Positions 59,316-59,563 of a DNA stretch of 59,563 nucleotides are shown here, one piece after another. Location: assembly GCA_043806595.1 (NCBI GenBank), contig JAZDGU010000050.1, forward strand, positions 1 through 59,563. Direction: 5' to 3'. The stretch comes from Candidatus Micrarchaeota archaeon. GTDB lineage: Archaea > Micrarchaeota > Micrarchaeia > Norongarragalinales > SBBD01. Numbering within the stretch: position 1 is the first letter of the stretch; each line of letters starts with the position of its first letter. The notes beneath the pieces were generated by a model that saw nothing but the letters and a program-made list of their open reading frames with translations, was not told where the DNA came from and ran no database searches. Position numbers and translations under genes: made by a program.

Positions 59316-59563
59316 TCTTGAGCGGCTGGTCGGCAAGTCCTAAGTCGGATGCCTCTTTGAACAGGCGGCGCAAAAGTCGATAGGTTTTTTCCAATTCGGC
59401 GCGGCGCGGTGGCAAGTAGAACCAACGTCGCGTCACCAATTCTTTGGTTTTGTCGCTTCTTCGCGCGTTCTCTAGCACGATTTTAGCAGGCGACCCCTCC
59501 CATATGACTAGCTTACCGACGACCGCGAATTTTTTTCCGACATCAAAAGATGTCTTAAATATT

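Larger units (their letters stand above)
57277..59563. mobile_element. Putative integrated element at tRNA-Thr (integrase, RHH and Zn-ribbon genes); the right boundary is outside the window
   Basis: A low-GC block (about 50% by spot count) begins at the tRNA. It carries the integrase gene plus small DNA-binding genes typical of archaeal plasmid/virus-like elements. Confidence 0.5.

Noticed and set aside
1-59563. Search for CRISPR arrays, rRNA genes, IS-type transposases and C/D-box sRNAs
   Set aside because: No regularly spaced direct repeats were found, nor rRNA-like conserved stretches or transposase motifs. A few RUGAUGA-like strings all lie inside well-supported CDSs, so no sRNA was called.

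Overview
This window is an archaeal chromosomal segment. The evidence is topoisomerase VI A/B, aIF1A, aIF2-beta, L40e, Nop5, RPA, an RNase P RNA, tRNAs with anticodon-loop (37/38) introns, and TTTAAATA-type TATA boxes 25-45 nt upstream of mostly leaderless genes. The lineage cannot be named from sequence alone.

Positions 1-41,000 are very GC-rich; spot counts of 60-nt lines reach about 75% GC. This part carries housekeeping genes: UMP kinase, an N-terminally truncated Nop5, RPA, RNase P RNA, an RbkR-type riboflavin kinase/regulator, a porGDAB oxidoreductase operon, peroxiredoxin, glnA, a Glu/Leu-type dehydrogenase, tRNA-His next to hisS, a KH-top6B-top6A operon, truD, aIF1A/aIF2-beta, SufS, a DsbA-like protein, a GCS2 ligase and a cold-shock protein.

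Positions 41,000-59,563 are visibly less GC-rich; spot counts of 60-nt lines give about 50-60%. This part is a mosaic: a decayed toxin-antitoxin pair, a complete bacterial-style shikimate/Phe/Tyr operon (9 genes), a large membrane-anchored subtilase, a STAND/Arch_ATPase-type gene, tRNA-Leu, L40e, tRNA-Thr, and a tyrosine-recombinase element running off the right edge.

The most notable pattern is that four of the five tRNA genes are accompanied by partial copies of themselves:
- tRNA-Cys: a 62-nt partial copy that includes a divergent intron brackets a Fic cassette.
- tRNA-His: a 20-nt copy of the 3' end lies 173 nt downstream.
- tRNA-Thr: the 5' end occurs three times, and an integrase gene overlaps the tRNA antisense.
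- tRNA-Leu: its 12-nt 3'-end core recurs four more times in the same orientation, exactly at the borders of the low-GC modules, including the aro operon.

Top6A carries a 570-aa LAGLIDADG intein. No CRISPR array or rRNA gene was seen. Many long ORFs in the supplied track are antisense or shadow ORFs typical of high-GC DNA and were not called.
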